Source: Octopus sinensis
Taxonomy: Eukaryota
DNA: 64,000 nucleotides
Reading direction: 5' to 3'
NCBI RefSeq assembly: GCF_006345805.1
Contig: NC_042997.1
Coordinates: forward strand, 136,338,001 to 136,402,000
The translations under genes and the position numbers were made by a program. A model generated the notes under the pieces. The model worked only from the letters and a program-made list of their open reading frames with translations, was not told the DNA's origin and did not search any database. Of the stretch, positions 39,342-51,980 are shown piece after piece. Position 1 is the stretch's first letter, and each line of letters starts with the position of its first letter.

Positions 39342-39556
39342 TTTTAAAAATAAAAATGGCTAAAATACAACACGAGGCCTACGAGAATTTTTAAAATTTT
39401 GCCCACAAAGAGCAAAATTTTGTGTAGATATTAGTCAAGGTTTGCAGTGGATGTTGTTGCACAACTTTTAAACACAAAATATTTGACAATAAACACTTTT
39501 GGACATACAAAATGACCAACTTACTTGGAGCCCATTTGACTTGCGTCTGTCTGTCC

Positions 39557-39633
<77 letters not shown>
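39557..39633. repeat. (GATA)n spacer between Tx1-like copies 1 and 2
   Basis: Directly visible. Confidence 0.95.
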
Positions 39634-39634
<1 letters not shown>

Positions 39635-39932
39635 CTTTTTATTGTAGCCACACAGGGCTAAACACAGAATAAAAATGGACGAAATACAATGTAGAATTTT
39701 TTCTTTTCGAGGTGGGATGGGTGGGGGAAAAAAATAAATAAATAAACGTTTGATCAATAGGGATCTGTGGGTTGTGTGGTGTATAAAAAAGCAATATATA
39801 TATATATATATAAGGTTCACAGTTTAGGTGTAGCCTTGGAAAGAAAAACCTACAAAAAAGACCAAGGTCACCTCAGACAATTCGAAAAAGAACACATGAG
39901 TAAGTCGCCTTACTTCTCGTTGTCTCTTTTGG

Positions 39933-42900
39933 TTACAGATTTATGCTTAAAATAGTGTCGTCTTTCATACTGACCATTTTTGCCACTTTTACCCACTTTT
40001 TATTAAAACATTCGTTCGACAAAGCCTTCCTCTCTATTCTCATCCTCCTTTTCAAGTGGTACTTGAAAAAGTTGACGAGAGACTGACCAGAGAGGAAGGT
40101 GTTTGTTTGCAGTCCTTTCAAACGCGTCCACCACACACATTCTTTCGCCATAGCCATCAGCGTAACGAAAACCGTTTCCCCTTCCCGTTTAAAGGAAGGT
40201 GGTGGAACAATATTCACGATAGACTCGGCCGATAGGCGAGCCTGACCTACACGTGACAACAGCTGTTCGACGAAGGACCACAGCTCTGAAATATCTGGAC
40301 ACTGCACGAGTGCGTGCAGAACGGTTTCGCTCTGACCGCATCTCGGGCAGGTCGGTCCGGTGATGGTTTTCGAACCGTGTCTGTAGCTCTTCTCTCGAAC
40401 AGGTAGTGCGTCTCGATAGCACTGCCAAGCCAGGGATTTCTGGAAGTTATCCATAGGCCCCGGCCCGAACGTCGTCCTGAACAGGCGGGTTAGGAATTCT
40501 TCGTCGACGCCCAGGTTTGCCCCGAGTGTGTCGTCGGACCTCCCCTCCACTAGTCCTCTATAGAACGCTTTAGTCGTGTGTAAGTTGCACAAGTTTGACC
40601 CCGGTCGGCAGAGCTGCTGTAGAGCTTGGCGACACTCTCGTTGCCAATCGCCCAGTTTCGGTCTCTTTTTGATCCACGTTTGCAGTTCGGTCAGTGAGAC
40701 GAGCTGCGGGAAGTCGCGCCTCACAAACGGCGCCCACACCTGTTCACCGTCGTCGATGAATTTCCAGAGATGTCGCAGTCTCAGCGCATGCCTGCGCATC
40801 ATCAACCACGGCATGCCCAGTCCTCCATTCAACGGATGTTGACAGCAAATGGACTTCCTCACCATCGGAACGCCACCCTTCCACAGGAAGCGGAAGAGTA
40901 TGCGTTCCAGTTTGGTGATGGTGGCGTCGGGACAAGGTACGACGGTCAGGCGGTAATCGATGACGGATGCGATGTACGCGTTCACCACCTCCGCCCGGCC
41001 TTTTAGAGACAGCTTTCTCTCGGCCCATGTTTGGCTGAGAGCGACCACTCTACTCGTGATCTCGTCCCAGTTCTTATCCATTTGGAGGTCCGGACTGAAC
41101 CAGACCCCGAGCAATTTAACCGGTCCGTCCGTCCAGCGTCCCACGACGGAGGTACTGGAGGACGGCATGGGCTTGCTTCTCCAGGTGCCGAGTAGCAAAC
41201 CCACTGACTTTTTCGGGTTAATCTTTGCTCCCGTCACCGTTTCGTATTTTCTTAGTGTCTCGCCTATCATCTTGATGTGTTTGTCGCTCGACACTATGAC
41301 GGTGACATCGTCTGCATATGCCGACACGCTCGTCCCGCAACCCAGTTCCCGTGGGATGCCCCTCAGTCTCGTCAGCTTCCGCAGTAGCGGCTCGAGAGTC
41401 AATACATACAGAAGCGCCGACAGGGGACACCCCTGACGGACCGAACGCGTGATGTCAAACGGTTTCGACAGGTGACCGTTCACCCGAATCACCGATCGGA
41501 TGCCGCTATACAAGGCAGTGATCCAACCGCAGAAGACGGGACCGAAGCCAGCCGCCCTGAGGACGGCCGCCAAGTACCGATGGTCGACCCTGTCGAAGGC
41601 TTTAGACTGATCCAAATTTATCAGCGCCCCACCCATGCCGGGATCCTTAACTACCCTGTCCACAATGTAGCGCATCAGATGGAGGTTGTCATGTATGGTT
41701 CTGCCCGGCACGGCGCATGTTTGCGCCCTGTCGACCAGTTTACCAATGACAAGCGCCAACCTCTCGGCTATTACTTTGGCCAAAATTTTCAAATCTGCGT
41801 TGAGCAGAGTGATGGGCCTGAAATTATCTATAAAATTCCCCTTGTTTGAGTCTTTCTTCAGCAACGTCACTGCACCTCGGCTCACGAAACCGGGGATTCT
41901 CCCGTTTTGTTGCCAGTTGCAGTAGACTGATGCCAAGAGGTCGCCAAACAAGTCTGGCATTCGACAATACAGCTCGTAGGGTAAACCATCCAATCCAGGC
42001 GACTTATCCCTCGCGCAGCCCGCCATCGCATCCCACACGTCAGCGGCTGTGATGGGACTTTCAACACTCGCTTCTCTTGCCGAGAGCCGCGGCAGGTCGG
42101 TCAGGTAGGCACTGAAATCCATCCCGTTTCCGACCCACCACTCGCACCAAACAGTCGAGCAAAGTGCTGTTGAAAGGCCTCACACATCCTTTCGGGTTCG
42201 AGTAAACTGCATCCCTGTTGATCTATTAGAGACCGAATGGTGGATCTGTTGCCACGCTGCGCCTCCGCTACCCGGGCCTCTCGCGCAGCTTCAATCCCTT
42301 CGTTCTTTAAGGCACGCATTTTAGCTCTGACGACGCAACCTTCGTGCTTGGCGTTGAGGTGTTGGTCGAGGGCCATCCTCGCAGCCAGCACGTTGGTTGC
42401 GCTGCCAGTGGTAAGTGCCTCTTCTAGTTTCTTAACTAAGTCTCCCTCTACTCTATTTCGTTCTATCGCTAATTCCTTGCTAAACCTAATTGATTCCGAT
42501 TTTATTGCCATTTTCAGGGCGTACCACCAGCGGTTGTTAACGACCGCTCCCGTCAGCGCCCTCTTAATTATCTCGCTAATCCGGTTCCTGTAAACCTGTC
42601 GCGCTAACAGCGACGTGTTCAGTTTCCAGTAACCGGGACCCTGCCTATGTGTTTTATCGAAGTCGAGCGTACACGTAACAAATTTGTGATCTGTGTAGCT
42701 GACTATTTTAAATTGTGGACATCCTACACTATCCCTATCCGCTGTCCTGCATAGAATTCTATCTAGATAAGATCTCGACGATCCGACGCGGTTTGTCCAA
42801 GTCCACGTTGGCACGTTCGGATGGTCGAGTCGGAACCTGTCAGACAAATGGAAACGTCTGAGCAGGTCTTTGAGGCTCTTACACCCCCTTCTATTCCTAT

Positions 42901-43375
42901 CCCTTCCCACATAATCTAGATGCGTGTCCAAGGTAGCGTTCCAATCCCCTACTAACAGTAAAGGTCTAGACGTACCCAGGAAAACCTCTAGACGTCTGAA
43001 GAAATCCGCCCGACCCGTTAAGGACGGTGCATAAACTGCCATCAGATGGAATGCACACCCATTTCTGCCATCCACGTCCAAGACAACCAGCCTACCCTTC
43101 GGGTCTAGGAATATTGCTCTTACTTTTACCTTTAGACTCTTTCGAAAAAGCACCGCAGTACCTCCACCACCCATGTTCGGCAGACAGGGAGAAAAAGAAA
43201 TGTCAAATTGATTGCCAAACATGGACTCGAGGGCCCGCGGCTTACTGAGTCTGGTTTCACTGATAGCTACTATATCCACGTCCAGTGACTTGATGTCGTT
43301 TAGAAGGTAACCTTGCTTCCAAGCCGACGCCAAGTCACGCGCATTCACACAACCTAATTTAAGCATACTTGACAT
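39933..43375 (-). CDS. Tx1-like ORF2 (APE-RT-zinc finger), intact except one -1 frameshift near 42125
   Basis: LGCVNARDL, GDWNATLD, YTDH, KSPGLDGLPYE, NFRPITLLNADLK, DQSKAFDRVDH, RQGCPLS, SAYADD, TCPRCGQSETVLHALVQC. Adding one base would give 1148 codons. Confidence 0.9.
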
Positions 43376-43432
43376 TTACGAAAATTGTGTTTTACACACT
43401 ATATTAGAAGAGACAAGAGGCAAGAAGTGAGG

Positions 43433-45318
43433 TCACTTACTCATTTTAAAAGTTTCATTTTTTTCTTCTTCTTCTTTTGTATTGTTTTTGATGAGGTGTT
43501 TGTATAGTTTTTTCGACAGGTATCGTTGATACCCGCCTACCGCATTCGGAAATATGTTTTCAGTATGTGGTGTTGTGCTTGTGTTATGTGTAAAATTCTG
43601 ATGTGTTTCGGTGGTGTGGTGTGCGGATGATTGTTGTCTTAAAGTCATCTTCACAGATGACCATGTTAGATTTGATGTAGTCCATTAATTCTTTATTGTC
43701 TGTGTCTATTGCAGTTAGTTGTGTGTGTGGTTTTACGGGTTCATTACTTTTTTGATTGTCTAGGGGGATGTTGTCCTGAGTTAGATATCTCCCTGCTTTA
43801 CTTCCTTGTTTGGTGGATTTTTTGGATCTTTTTCTTTTACCCCCTGTGGCTATTTGCCATTCCGTCGAACTTTCGTCGTCCGACGTATCAGTATGGGGTA
43901 GAGGCAAAACATTTGCATTACTATGTATGCTTGTATAAATTGTTGATGTTTTGTGCGGTGTTTGTGTTGTTGTGGTGTTATGGGTAGCATTTGTCTTCTC
44001 GTCAGTGTTTTCTGTCTTTTTAATTGTCGTCCTGGGTGAGGGTGTGGTCTATTTTTTGTTAATTCAACAGGTTTCATTGGTTGTGAAGTCAACGGTGATT
44101 GTGTTGGTACTGTTTCTTTTCTTGGTGATGTTGTTGCGGTTTGTTCGTTGGTTTGTTGTTTTTCTTGGCATTGTTCTATAATTGAGTGTGTTGGTGTTGG
44201 TGTTGGCAACAAAGGGATTTTATTTGTTTTCTGATTTGTTCTTTCTTGTTTTTTCTGTACCAGATCGCACTTGGCAATCAAATGTTCGGGGCTGCCACAT
44301 TTGTAGCATCTAGGCTTTTTGCCTTCTGCCACAACATATAGGCATTGCCCATTCTCTAAGTGGATCTTATCCGGTAGGCTCTCGATAGAGGCCCCCTCAA
44401 TCTGGATGGTCACCACTATTGTCTTCCCACCCCAAATGTCGCCAGGGTACACGGCGGTCTCCAAAATATTAATATTTTTTAAATGGTAACAGATTGCCCC
44501 TGTTATCCATTTGTTAGGAAGTTCGGGAGGTACATTTTTAATTGTGATTCGACTCACTCTGGTTTTTGTAGTAGGGACCATGATGATTTCATCATTTCCC
44601 AGAGACTCAGTAGAGTGAGCTTTTGCCACTTCCTGGTTAGGGAAGCGGACCACTACTGTGTTAAACTGGGGACCCCAGTTTATATACTCTTTTTCTTTCA
44701 TTATGTTTTTTAAACATTTTTCCACATCAGTTTTTGTAATCTGTTCATTTAGTTTTTGTTTTTTCTAATAATTTTATATACAATTGTCTTATTTTTTTAT
44801 TTCTTGCTTTATATGTTGAGGTGTATGCAGCACTAAATCTTGTCCACGGGTTGTAAAGAGAGCTCTAGTTTCTATGAGCTCTTCATTTGTGAATGTTACT
44901 ATTTCTTTCTTCTGGCGAAGAGTGTCCGCGAAACTACTGTTGTTGATTTTTTTGTATTAACATCTTCACTATTAGATAGTTCATTTTTATTGTTGTTCTT
45001 GTTGTTGCTGTTGTTTTTGTCAATAGTTTTCGTGCGAGTTTTATTTTTATCATTTATGTTGGTCGTGGTAGTGGTGGTGGTGGTGGTGGTGGAGGTGGTG
45101 GTGGTAGTAGTAGTAGTCTCGTGGTTGCTGTTGTTAGTGGTGGTGGTGGCGGTGGTGACAGGGCTGTTACCGCACGTGGTTGCAGCGTTCATTTCACCGA
45201 TATTTATATTTGCACTTAGCGCGCGGACGTTCTTTTTTTCTCCTATTGTTTCCAAACTAGGAAAATGCTGGTCAATAAAAGAACGCGACCAGCGTTCTAC
45301 AATAAAATTTCTAGACAT
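43433..45318 (-). pseudogene. Tx1-like ORF1 of copy 2, frameshifted
   Basis: Pieces 44899-45318, 43850-44725, 43584-43907, 43433-43654 in different frames; RRM-like region, CCHC, EWQIATGGKRKR, FPNAVGG motifs. Confidence 0.8.
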
Positions 45319-45514
45319 TTTCTAATGTCTAGAAGAAAATTACAGAAATGAAATGGGGTTGAAACTGCCCCTAGGGGCGAATTCCTCCCTTGGAAAAGCA
45401 CTCAAACGAAAGTTGGGTGCCTTACACAACTTATTTACAAAAATGTTCACAAAAATTGAGCTGTAAATAGTCAAAATAAATTATTACCTTCGGAGTCGAA
45501 GTGACAGCACGTCC

Positions 45515-45524
45515 ATAGACAGAC

Positions 45525-45609
<85 letters not shown>
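45515..45609. repeat. (GATA)n spacer between Tx1-like copies 2 and 3
   Basis: Directly visible. Confidence 0.95.
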
Positions 45610-45960
45610 TGTTTCTTTATTAGCCACACAGGGCTGCACACAGATAGAACAAATTACAAGGTAGAGCTTTTCTTTTGGGGGTAAAAAAAAGGGAGTGGTG
45701 GTTTTCGATCAAAAGGGATCGTAAAAGGAAAGAAAGAGGACAAAAAAAGGGAGGGGTTAAAAAAAAGGGGGGGCAAAAAAAATGAATAACAGGGATCGTT
45801 ATCACAGAAATGTCAATATGAAGTGTAAAGGGGAGGACAGGTGAGGTTTACCCGTGGAAAGAAAAGCCTACGGAAAAGACCACGGTAACCTCGGTCAATG
45901 AAGTCACATGTTATATTTGTTTTTTGCAAATAAGCAACTCTCTGTATTAATTTTTACGGT

Positions 45961-48900
45961 TCATAGAATCATAGTCAAGGTGGCTTCGTCATTCATACGT
46001 GCCATCCTTGCTACATTCACCCATCTTTTTTTAAAACATTCACTAGACAAAACTTGCCTCTCTACTCTCACTTTTTTCTTCAAGTGATACTTGAAGAAGT
46101 TGATGAGAGATTGACCAGAGAGGAAAGTGTTTGTCTCTAATCCTTTCAGGCGCGTCCACCAGATACATTCTTTCGCCATAGCCACAAGTATGATAAAAAT
46201 AGCTCTTCCTTCCCGTTTGAAGGAAGGAGGCGTGACGATATTAACGATAGACTCGGCTGATAAACCGACTCGTCCCACACGTGACAGCAGTCGTTCGACA
46301 TAAGCCCACAGGTCGGAAATTGCTGGACACTGCACGATTGCGTGCAGAGCGGTTTCGTCGCTCTGCCCGCATCTCGGGCAGGTCGGCCCCGTGTTTCTCG
46401 AGCCATGCCTATAGAGCTTATCCCGAACGGGTAGCGCTTCTCGGTAGCACCGCCAGGCCAGGGATCTCTGGAAGTTGTCCATAGGTCCCGGGCCGAAAGT
46501 CGTTTGAAACAGGCGGGTCAGGTATTCCTCGTCGACGCCCAGGTTTGCCCCGAGCTCGACGTCGGACCTCCCCTCCACTAATCCCCTATAGAATGCTTTG
46601 GTTGTGTTGAAATCACTCAAGGTCGACCCGGGACGGCAGAGTTGCTTGAGAACAACGCGACACTCGCGGTGACATTCGCCCTTCCTCGGCCTCTTTTTGA
46701 TCCACGACTGTAGTTCGGTCATGGAGACGAGTTGCGGGAATGCGTCACAAACGGCGACCACACCTGTTCACCGTCGTCTACATAGAGCCGGAGATGTCGC
46801 AGTCTCATCGCGTGTCTGCGCATCATCAACCACGGCATGCCCAGCCCTCCTTTTAACGGGTGTTGACAGCAAATGGATCGCCTGACCATCGGGACGCATC
46901 CTTTCCACAAGAAGCGGAAGAGAATGCGTTCTAGTTTGGTGATGGTAGGGTCGGGACAAGGTACGACGGTCAGGCGGTAGTAGATGATGGACGCGATGTA
47001 CGCGTTCACCACCTCCGCCCGACCTTTTAGGGACAGTTTCCTCTCGGCCCATTGCTGGTCGAGAGTGACCACCCTACTCGTTATCTCGTTCCAGTTCTTC
47101 TCCATTTGGAGGTCCGGACCGAACCAGACCCCGAGAAACTCAACCGGGCGGTCCGTCCAGCGTCCAACGACGGAGGTACTGGTGGACGGCATGGGCTTGC
47201 TTCTCCAGGTGCCGAGCCGCAAGCCCACTGACTTTTCCCGGTTGATTTTTGCTCCTGTCACCGCTTCGTAGTCTTTCAGTGTCTCGCGGACCCGCTCGAT
47301 GTGCTCGTGGCTTGACACTATGACGGTGACGTCGTCCGCGTATGCAGACACGCTCGTCCCGCATCCCAATTCTCGCGGGATGCCCCTTAGAGTAGCCAGC
47401 TTCCGCAGTAGTGGCTCAAGAGTCAATACGTATAGAAGCGCCGAGAGGGGGCATCCCTGACGGACCGAACGTGCAATGTCGAAAGGTCTCGATAGATGTC
47501 CATTTACGCGAATTACCGAACGGATGCCTCTGTACAAGGCAGCTATCCAGCCGCGGAAGACGGGACCGAAACCAGCCGCTCTCAGGACTGCCTCCAAGCA
47601 TCGATGGTCTACCCTATCAAAGGCTTTCGATTGATCCAAGTTGATCAGGGCCCCACCCATGCCAGGTTCGTTAACTACGCTGTCTATGATGTAGCGCATC
47701 AGATGGAGGTTGTCATGGATGCTCCGGCCCGGCACGGCGCACGTTTGTGCGTTGTCGACCAGTTTCTCGGTGACAAGCGCCAACCTCTTGGCTAACACTT
47801 TTGTCAAAATTTTCAGGTCTGCATTGAGCAGCGTGATTGGTCTAAAGTTATCTATAATGTTTCCCTTGTTTGGATCTTTCTTCAGCAGAGTTACAGCTCC
47901 TCGACTCACAAAACCGGGTATGCTCCCGTTTTGCTGCCAGTTGCAGTATACCGCTGCCAAGACGTCTCCAAACAAGTCTGGCATACAATTGTAAAACTCG
48001 TAGGGTAGACCATCCAAACCCGGTGATTTGTCCCTCGAGCATTCTGCCATCGCTTCCTGCACTTCCGCCGCCGTGATGGCACCTTCGCAGCACCCTGCCT
48101 TTCTTGTCGAGAGTCGTGGCAGGCTATGTAGGTAGGCACTGAAGTCCACCCTACGTTCTTGCCCTCCACTCGTCCCGAACAGTCGGGCAAAATGCTGCTG
48201 AAAGGCCTCACACATTTTACTTGGCTCGAGCAATTCGCGCCCCTGTTCATCTACCAGTGACCGAATGGTGGCTTTGTTGCCCTGTTGCGCCTCTGCCACC
48301 CGGGCCTCTCTCGCGGCTCCAACACCTTCGTTCCTTAGAGCACGCATCCTAGCTCTGACAGCACATCCTTCGTGTTTGGCGTTGAAGTGTTGGTCGAGGG
48401 CCAACCTCGCCGCCAAAACGTCGGATGCGATGCCGCTTCTAATTGCCTCTTCTAGCTTCTCTAACTAGCTCACCCTCTACTCTATTTCTATCTATGGCTA
48501 GTGCTTTGCTGTACCTAATCGCTTCTGCTTTTACTGCTCTCTTGCGGGCAAACCACCATTTGTTGTTGATGATGGCTCCCGTCAAAGCCCTCTTTACTAG
48601 TGTGCTAATCCGGTCTCTGAAAACTTGTCTGGACGGGAATGATGCGTTCAGTTTCCAGTACCCAGGACCCTGTCTATGTGCCTTATCTAAGTCTAGCGTA
48701 CACGTCACCAATTTGTGATCCGTGTAGCTGACTGTGTGGAATTGTGGACATCCTAAGTTATCCTTGTCTACTGTCCTACACAGTATCCTATCTAGATACG
48801 ATCTCGACGACCCACTGCGGTTGCTCCATGTCCACGTTGGTGCATTTGGGTGGTCGAGTCGGTACCTGTCAGACAGTTGGAATCGTCTGAGCAGGTCTCT

Positions 48901-49394
48901 GAGGCATTTGCATCCCCTTCTGTTTCTGTCTCTACCCACGTAGTCTACATGCGTGTCCAAGGTAGCATTCCAATCCCCCACTAAGAGTAAAGGACGAAAC
49001 GTTCCCAAGAATACTTCTAGACGTCGAAAGAAATCCGCCCGACCTGTTAAGGGCGGTACGTAGACTGATACGAGTCGAAAAGCGCATCCATTGCTGCCGT
49101 CAACATCCAGAACGATCAGTCTACCCTCCGGGTCTACGAATATCGTCTTGACTTCGAGATCCAGGCTCTTGTGAAAAAGTACCGCGGTGCCACTACCGCC
49201 CATCCTCGGCAGACAGGGAGCGAAATAAATGTTAAACTGTCCGCCAAACATGGACTTTAGGGCCCGTGGCTCGTGGAGTCTGGTCTCACTTATGGCTATG
49301 ATTCCCAAATCATGTGACTTGATGTCATTAGGAGGTATCCTTGTTTCCAAGGAGACCCCAAGCCACGCGCATTCACACAACCAATCTTGACCAT
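45961..49394 (-). pseudogene. Tx1-like ORF2 of copy 3, with small frameshifts at ~49329, ~48460 and ~46745
   Basis: ATG at 49394 (MVKIGCVNAR); ORF pieces 48439-49380, 46719-48416 and 45961-46761 carry all APE, RT and C-terminal motifs. Confidence 0.9.
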
Positions 49395-49444
49395 GATTCT
49401 ATTGGGGTGTGTGCTTTAAAACACAAAAATGAAAGCACAGAGAG

Positions 49445-51667
49445 TTACTTACTTGTGTCGAAAGTTTTTGCTTCCCCGTTCTTTGATGTGTCTTCGAGGA
49501 GGTTTTTATATAGTTTTTGGGACAGATATTTCTGGAAACCCCCTACAGCATTTGGGAAGAGGGCTTTGAGTTTGTGGTGTTGTGTTTGTGTGATGTGTAG
49601 TATTTTGATGTGTTTGGGTGGTGTAGTGCGTGGATGATTGCTATTTTTAAAGTCATCTTCACAAATGTTTGTGTAGCCTGTGATGTACTCCATTAGTTTG
49701 GAGTCTTTGGTGTCTATCGCTGATAGCATTGTGTGTGTTGTTTTTGTGGTGTTGGAGCTTGTTTGGTTGTGTATGGAGTTTTCAGGGTTCAGGTATCTCC
49801 CTGCTTTGGTTGCGATTTCTTGTTTGGTTTTTCTTGATCTTTTTCTTTTACCCCCTGTGGCTATTTACCATTCTGTCGAACTTTCATCGTTAGATGAAAA
49901 GTCTGACGAATCAGCAGGGGGTAATGGTAAAGCGTCTGGGTCTGTTTGTGCGGTTGTAGATATTGTTGTGTTGCGCGGGGAGGGTGTTGCTGGGGGGTTT
50001 GTTGTGGTTATTGTCTCTCCTACATCCTTGGTGCTTGTCTTCTTCGTTGTTATTCTTGGTGTTGGAATTGGTTTATTTGTTGTTGGTGGTGATGATTCTG
50101 TTCTTGGCGCTTGTGTTGGTGTTGTTTGGTTGGTTTGGCTTGTTCTTTGTTGTTTTTCATGCATTTCTGTATACAGCTTCTTGACTAGCTGTCCATATTG
50201 TGGTGTGGGCAATAAATGCTGGCTTTTGTGATTTTTCCTGTGGCTGTTGTTGTTGTTGTAATTTAGCGGCAGATTTGCACTCCTTTTTGAGGTGTGCCTC
50301 ACTGCCACATGTATAGCATCGTGGTCTTCTGCCCTCGATTACTACGTATAACTTGCGGCCATCCTCAAGATGTACGTGGGTGGGAATTTTATTGATGTCC
50401 TCTTGACTTATGTGGAAGAGGAACTCCATTCTCTTTCCCAGCCAGTCCTTGTTTTTCGAAACACCGATATCTAGGATGTTTAAGTCCTCCATTTCGGATG
50501 TTAAGGCGGATGTTATCCACAGTGTTGTAGTTACTTGGGGTACACCACTGATAATGACCTTCGTCACCTTCTGGCCAAGGTAACTCGGTGTCATCGTTAG
50601 TTCATCAGAATGAAGGGTTATCGTTGAGAATTTCTTCGCCAACTCTTCATTCTGAAAAACCACATGTACGTGGGCGAACTTGTTCGCCCAAGTCACATAA
50701 TCCTTGTATCCCCAGATGGGGCGTAAGCACTTTTCTACTTTGTCTGTGCTTGCCTTTTCTGGACTTTTAGTTTTTTTATTTGTGATTTTATATACAATTG
50801 TCTTTTTTTTCTCCTTATTCAGTATGTCTTGAGGTATGTGTAAGAGTATTTTGCCGTTTTCATTTGTAATAAGGTTTCTGCAATCTTTTATTTGTTGTGT
50901 AGTAAACGAAACTTTTGTTATTTTTTCTTTTATCGCCTCGGCGATGTTGTTTTGTTATTGTTGTTATTGCCGGTGGTGTTGGTGTTGATGGCAGGGGTGT
51001 GGGTTGTAGGTTTGTGGTTGCTGATTATGCAACTAGCAAGGGGTGGAAAATTGTCTGCGTAATTTAGTCCTACATTAGCGCAAATTTCGGCATTTCGTTT
51101 GGTTGTCGTTGTTATTTTTTCACTTGTTGGTGATGGAGTGAGCAGTGGTTGAAGGGAATTGTTGTTGTCGTTGTTGTTGTTGTTGTTATTGTCGTTCTTG
51201 GTGACGGCGGTGGTGTTAGTGGTATTAGTAGCATTGACGGCACGGTCTTTGGTGTCGGTGATGGTGATGTTGGTATTGTTATTGGTGGCGATGTCTTTAG
51301 CAGGGATAGCAGTTTTAGTAGCAGATGCTGCCATGGTGTTGTTGTCGGTGTTGGTGGTGGACTCACTGGTGGTGTTGACGGTGCTTGGCCTTCCGACCTT
51401 TGTTTTGTATTTGTTGCTGTTGTCGATGCTGATGGTGGTGGTGGTGAAAGCGGTGGTGGTAACAGAAGCATTCGCTTTGTTGTTCTTGTTAGTGGTGGTA
51501 GTGGTGACAGGGTTGTTACTACAAGTGGTTGCAGCGTTCATTGCAAATTCATTGATGATTTCACCTTGCGAGGAGAAATTCTTTTTTTCTCCTAGCGTTT
51601 CCAGACTAGGAGAAAGCTGGTCGATAGAGGAACGCGACCAACGTTCTAAAATATAATTTCTTGACAT
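49445..51667 (-). pseudogene. Tx1-like ORF1 of copy 3, frameshifted
   Basis: MSRNYILERWSRS..; TWANKFAHVHVVFQNEE (RRM-like); RPRCYTCGSEAHLKKEC; C-terminal FPNAVGGFQKYL..DTSK*. Confidence 0.8.
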
Positions 51668-51872
51668 TTTCAAAATGTCGAAAAGGAAATTACACAAATG
51701 AAATGGGGTTGAAACTGCCCCTAGGGGCGAATTCCTCCCTTGAAAAAGCACTCAAACGAAAGTTGGGTGCCTTACACAACTTATTTACAAACATGTCCAC
51801 AAAAATTGGCCTATAAATAGTCAAAATAAATGATTACCTTCGGAGCTGAACTGACATCACGTCCGTCAATAA

Positions 51873-51980
<108 letters not shown>

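Larger units (their letters stand above)
33694..39556 (-). mobile_element. Full-length Tx1-like non-LTR retrotransposon, copy 1 (defective)
   Basis: 5'UTR, ORF1 (RRM-like region plus CCHC knuckle CYTCGSETHLKKEC), ORF2 (APE-RT-Cys-rich C-terminus), 3'UTR ending AATAAAGAAACA; bounded by (GATA)n on both sides. Confidence 0.9.
39634..45514 (-). mobile_element. Full-length Tx1-like non-LTR retrotransposon, copy 2 (different subfamily)
   Basis: ORF1 with CYKCGSPEHLIAKC; ORF2 in two long ORFs (42101-43375 and 39933-42122); 3' end ..GGCTACAATAAAAAGT|(TATC)n. Confidence 0.92.
45610..51864 (-). mobile_element. Full-length Tx1-like non-LTR retrotransposon, copy 3
   Basis: Body and 3'UTR closely match copy 1; 5'UTR and ORF1 start match copy 2; bounded by (GATA)n. 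Confidence 0.92.

Noticed and set aside
47443-47742. Spliced-out intron explaining the 300-bp deletion in copy 1
   Set aside because: A GT lies near the 5' boundary on the sense strand, but no placement of the junction gives an AG acceptor; microhomology explains it better.
37300-51656. Plus-strand ORFs over the LINEs (for example 37499-37945, 40960-41436, 49680-50231, 51149-51595)
   Set aside because: They are antisense shadows of GC-rich or low-complexity LINE coding sequence with no independent motifs.
33694-51864. Target-site duplications for the Tx1-like copies
   Set aside because: They cannot be defined because both flanks are the same simple repeat.
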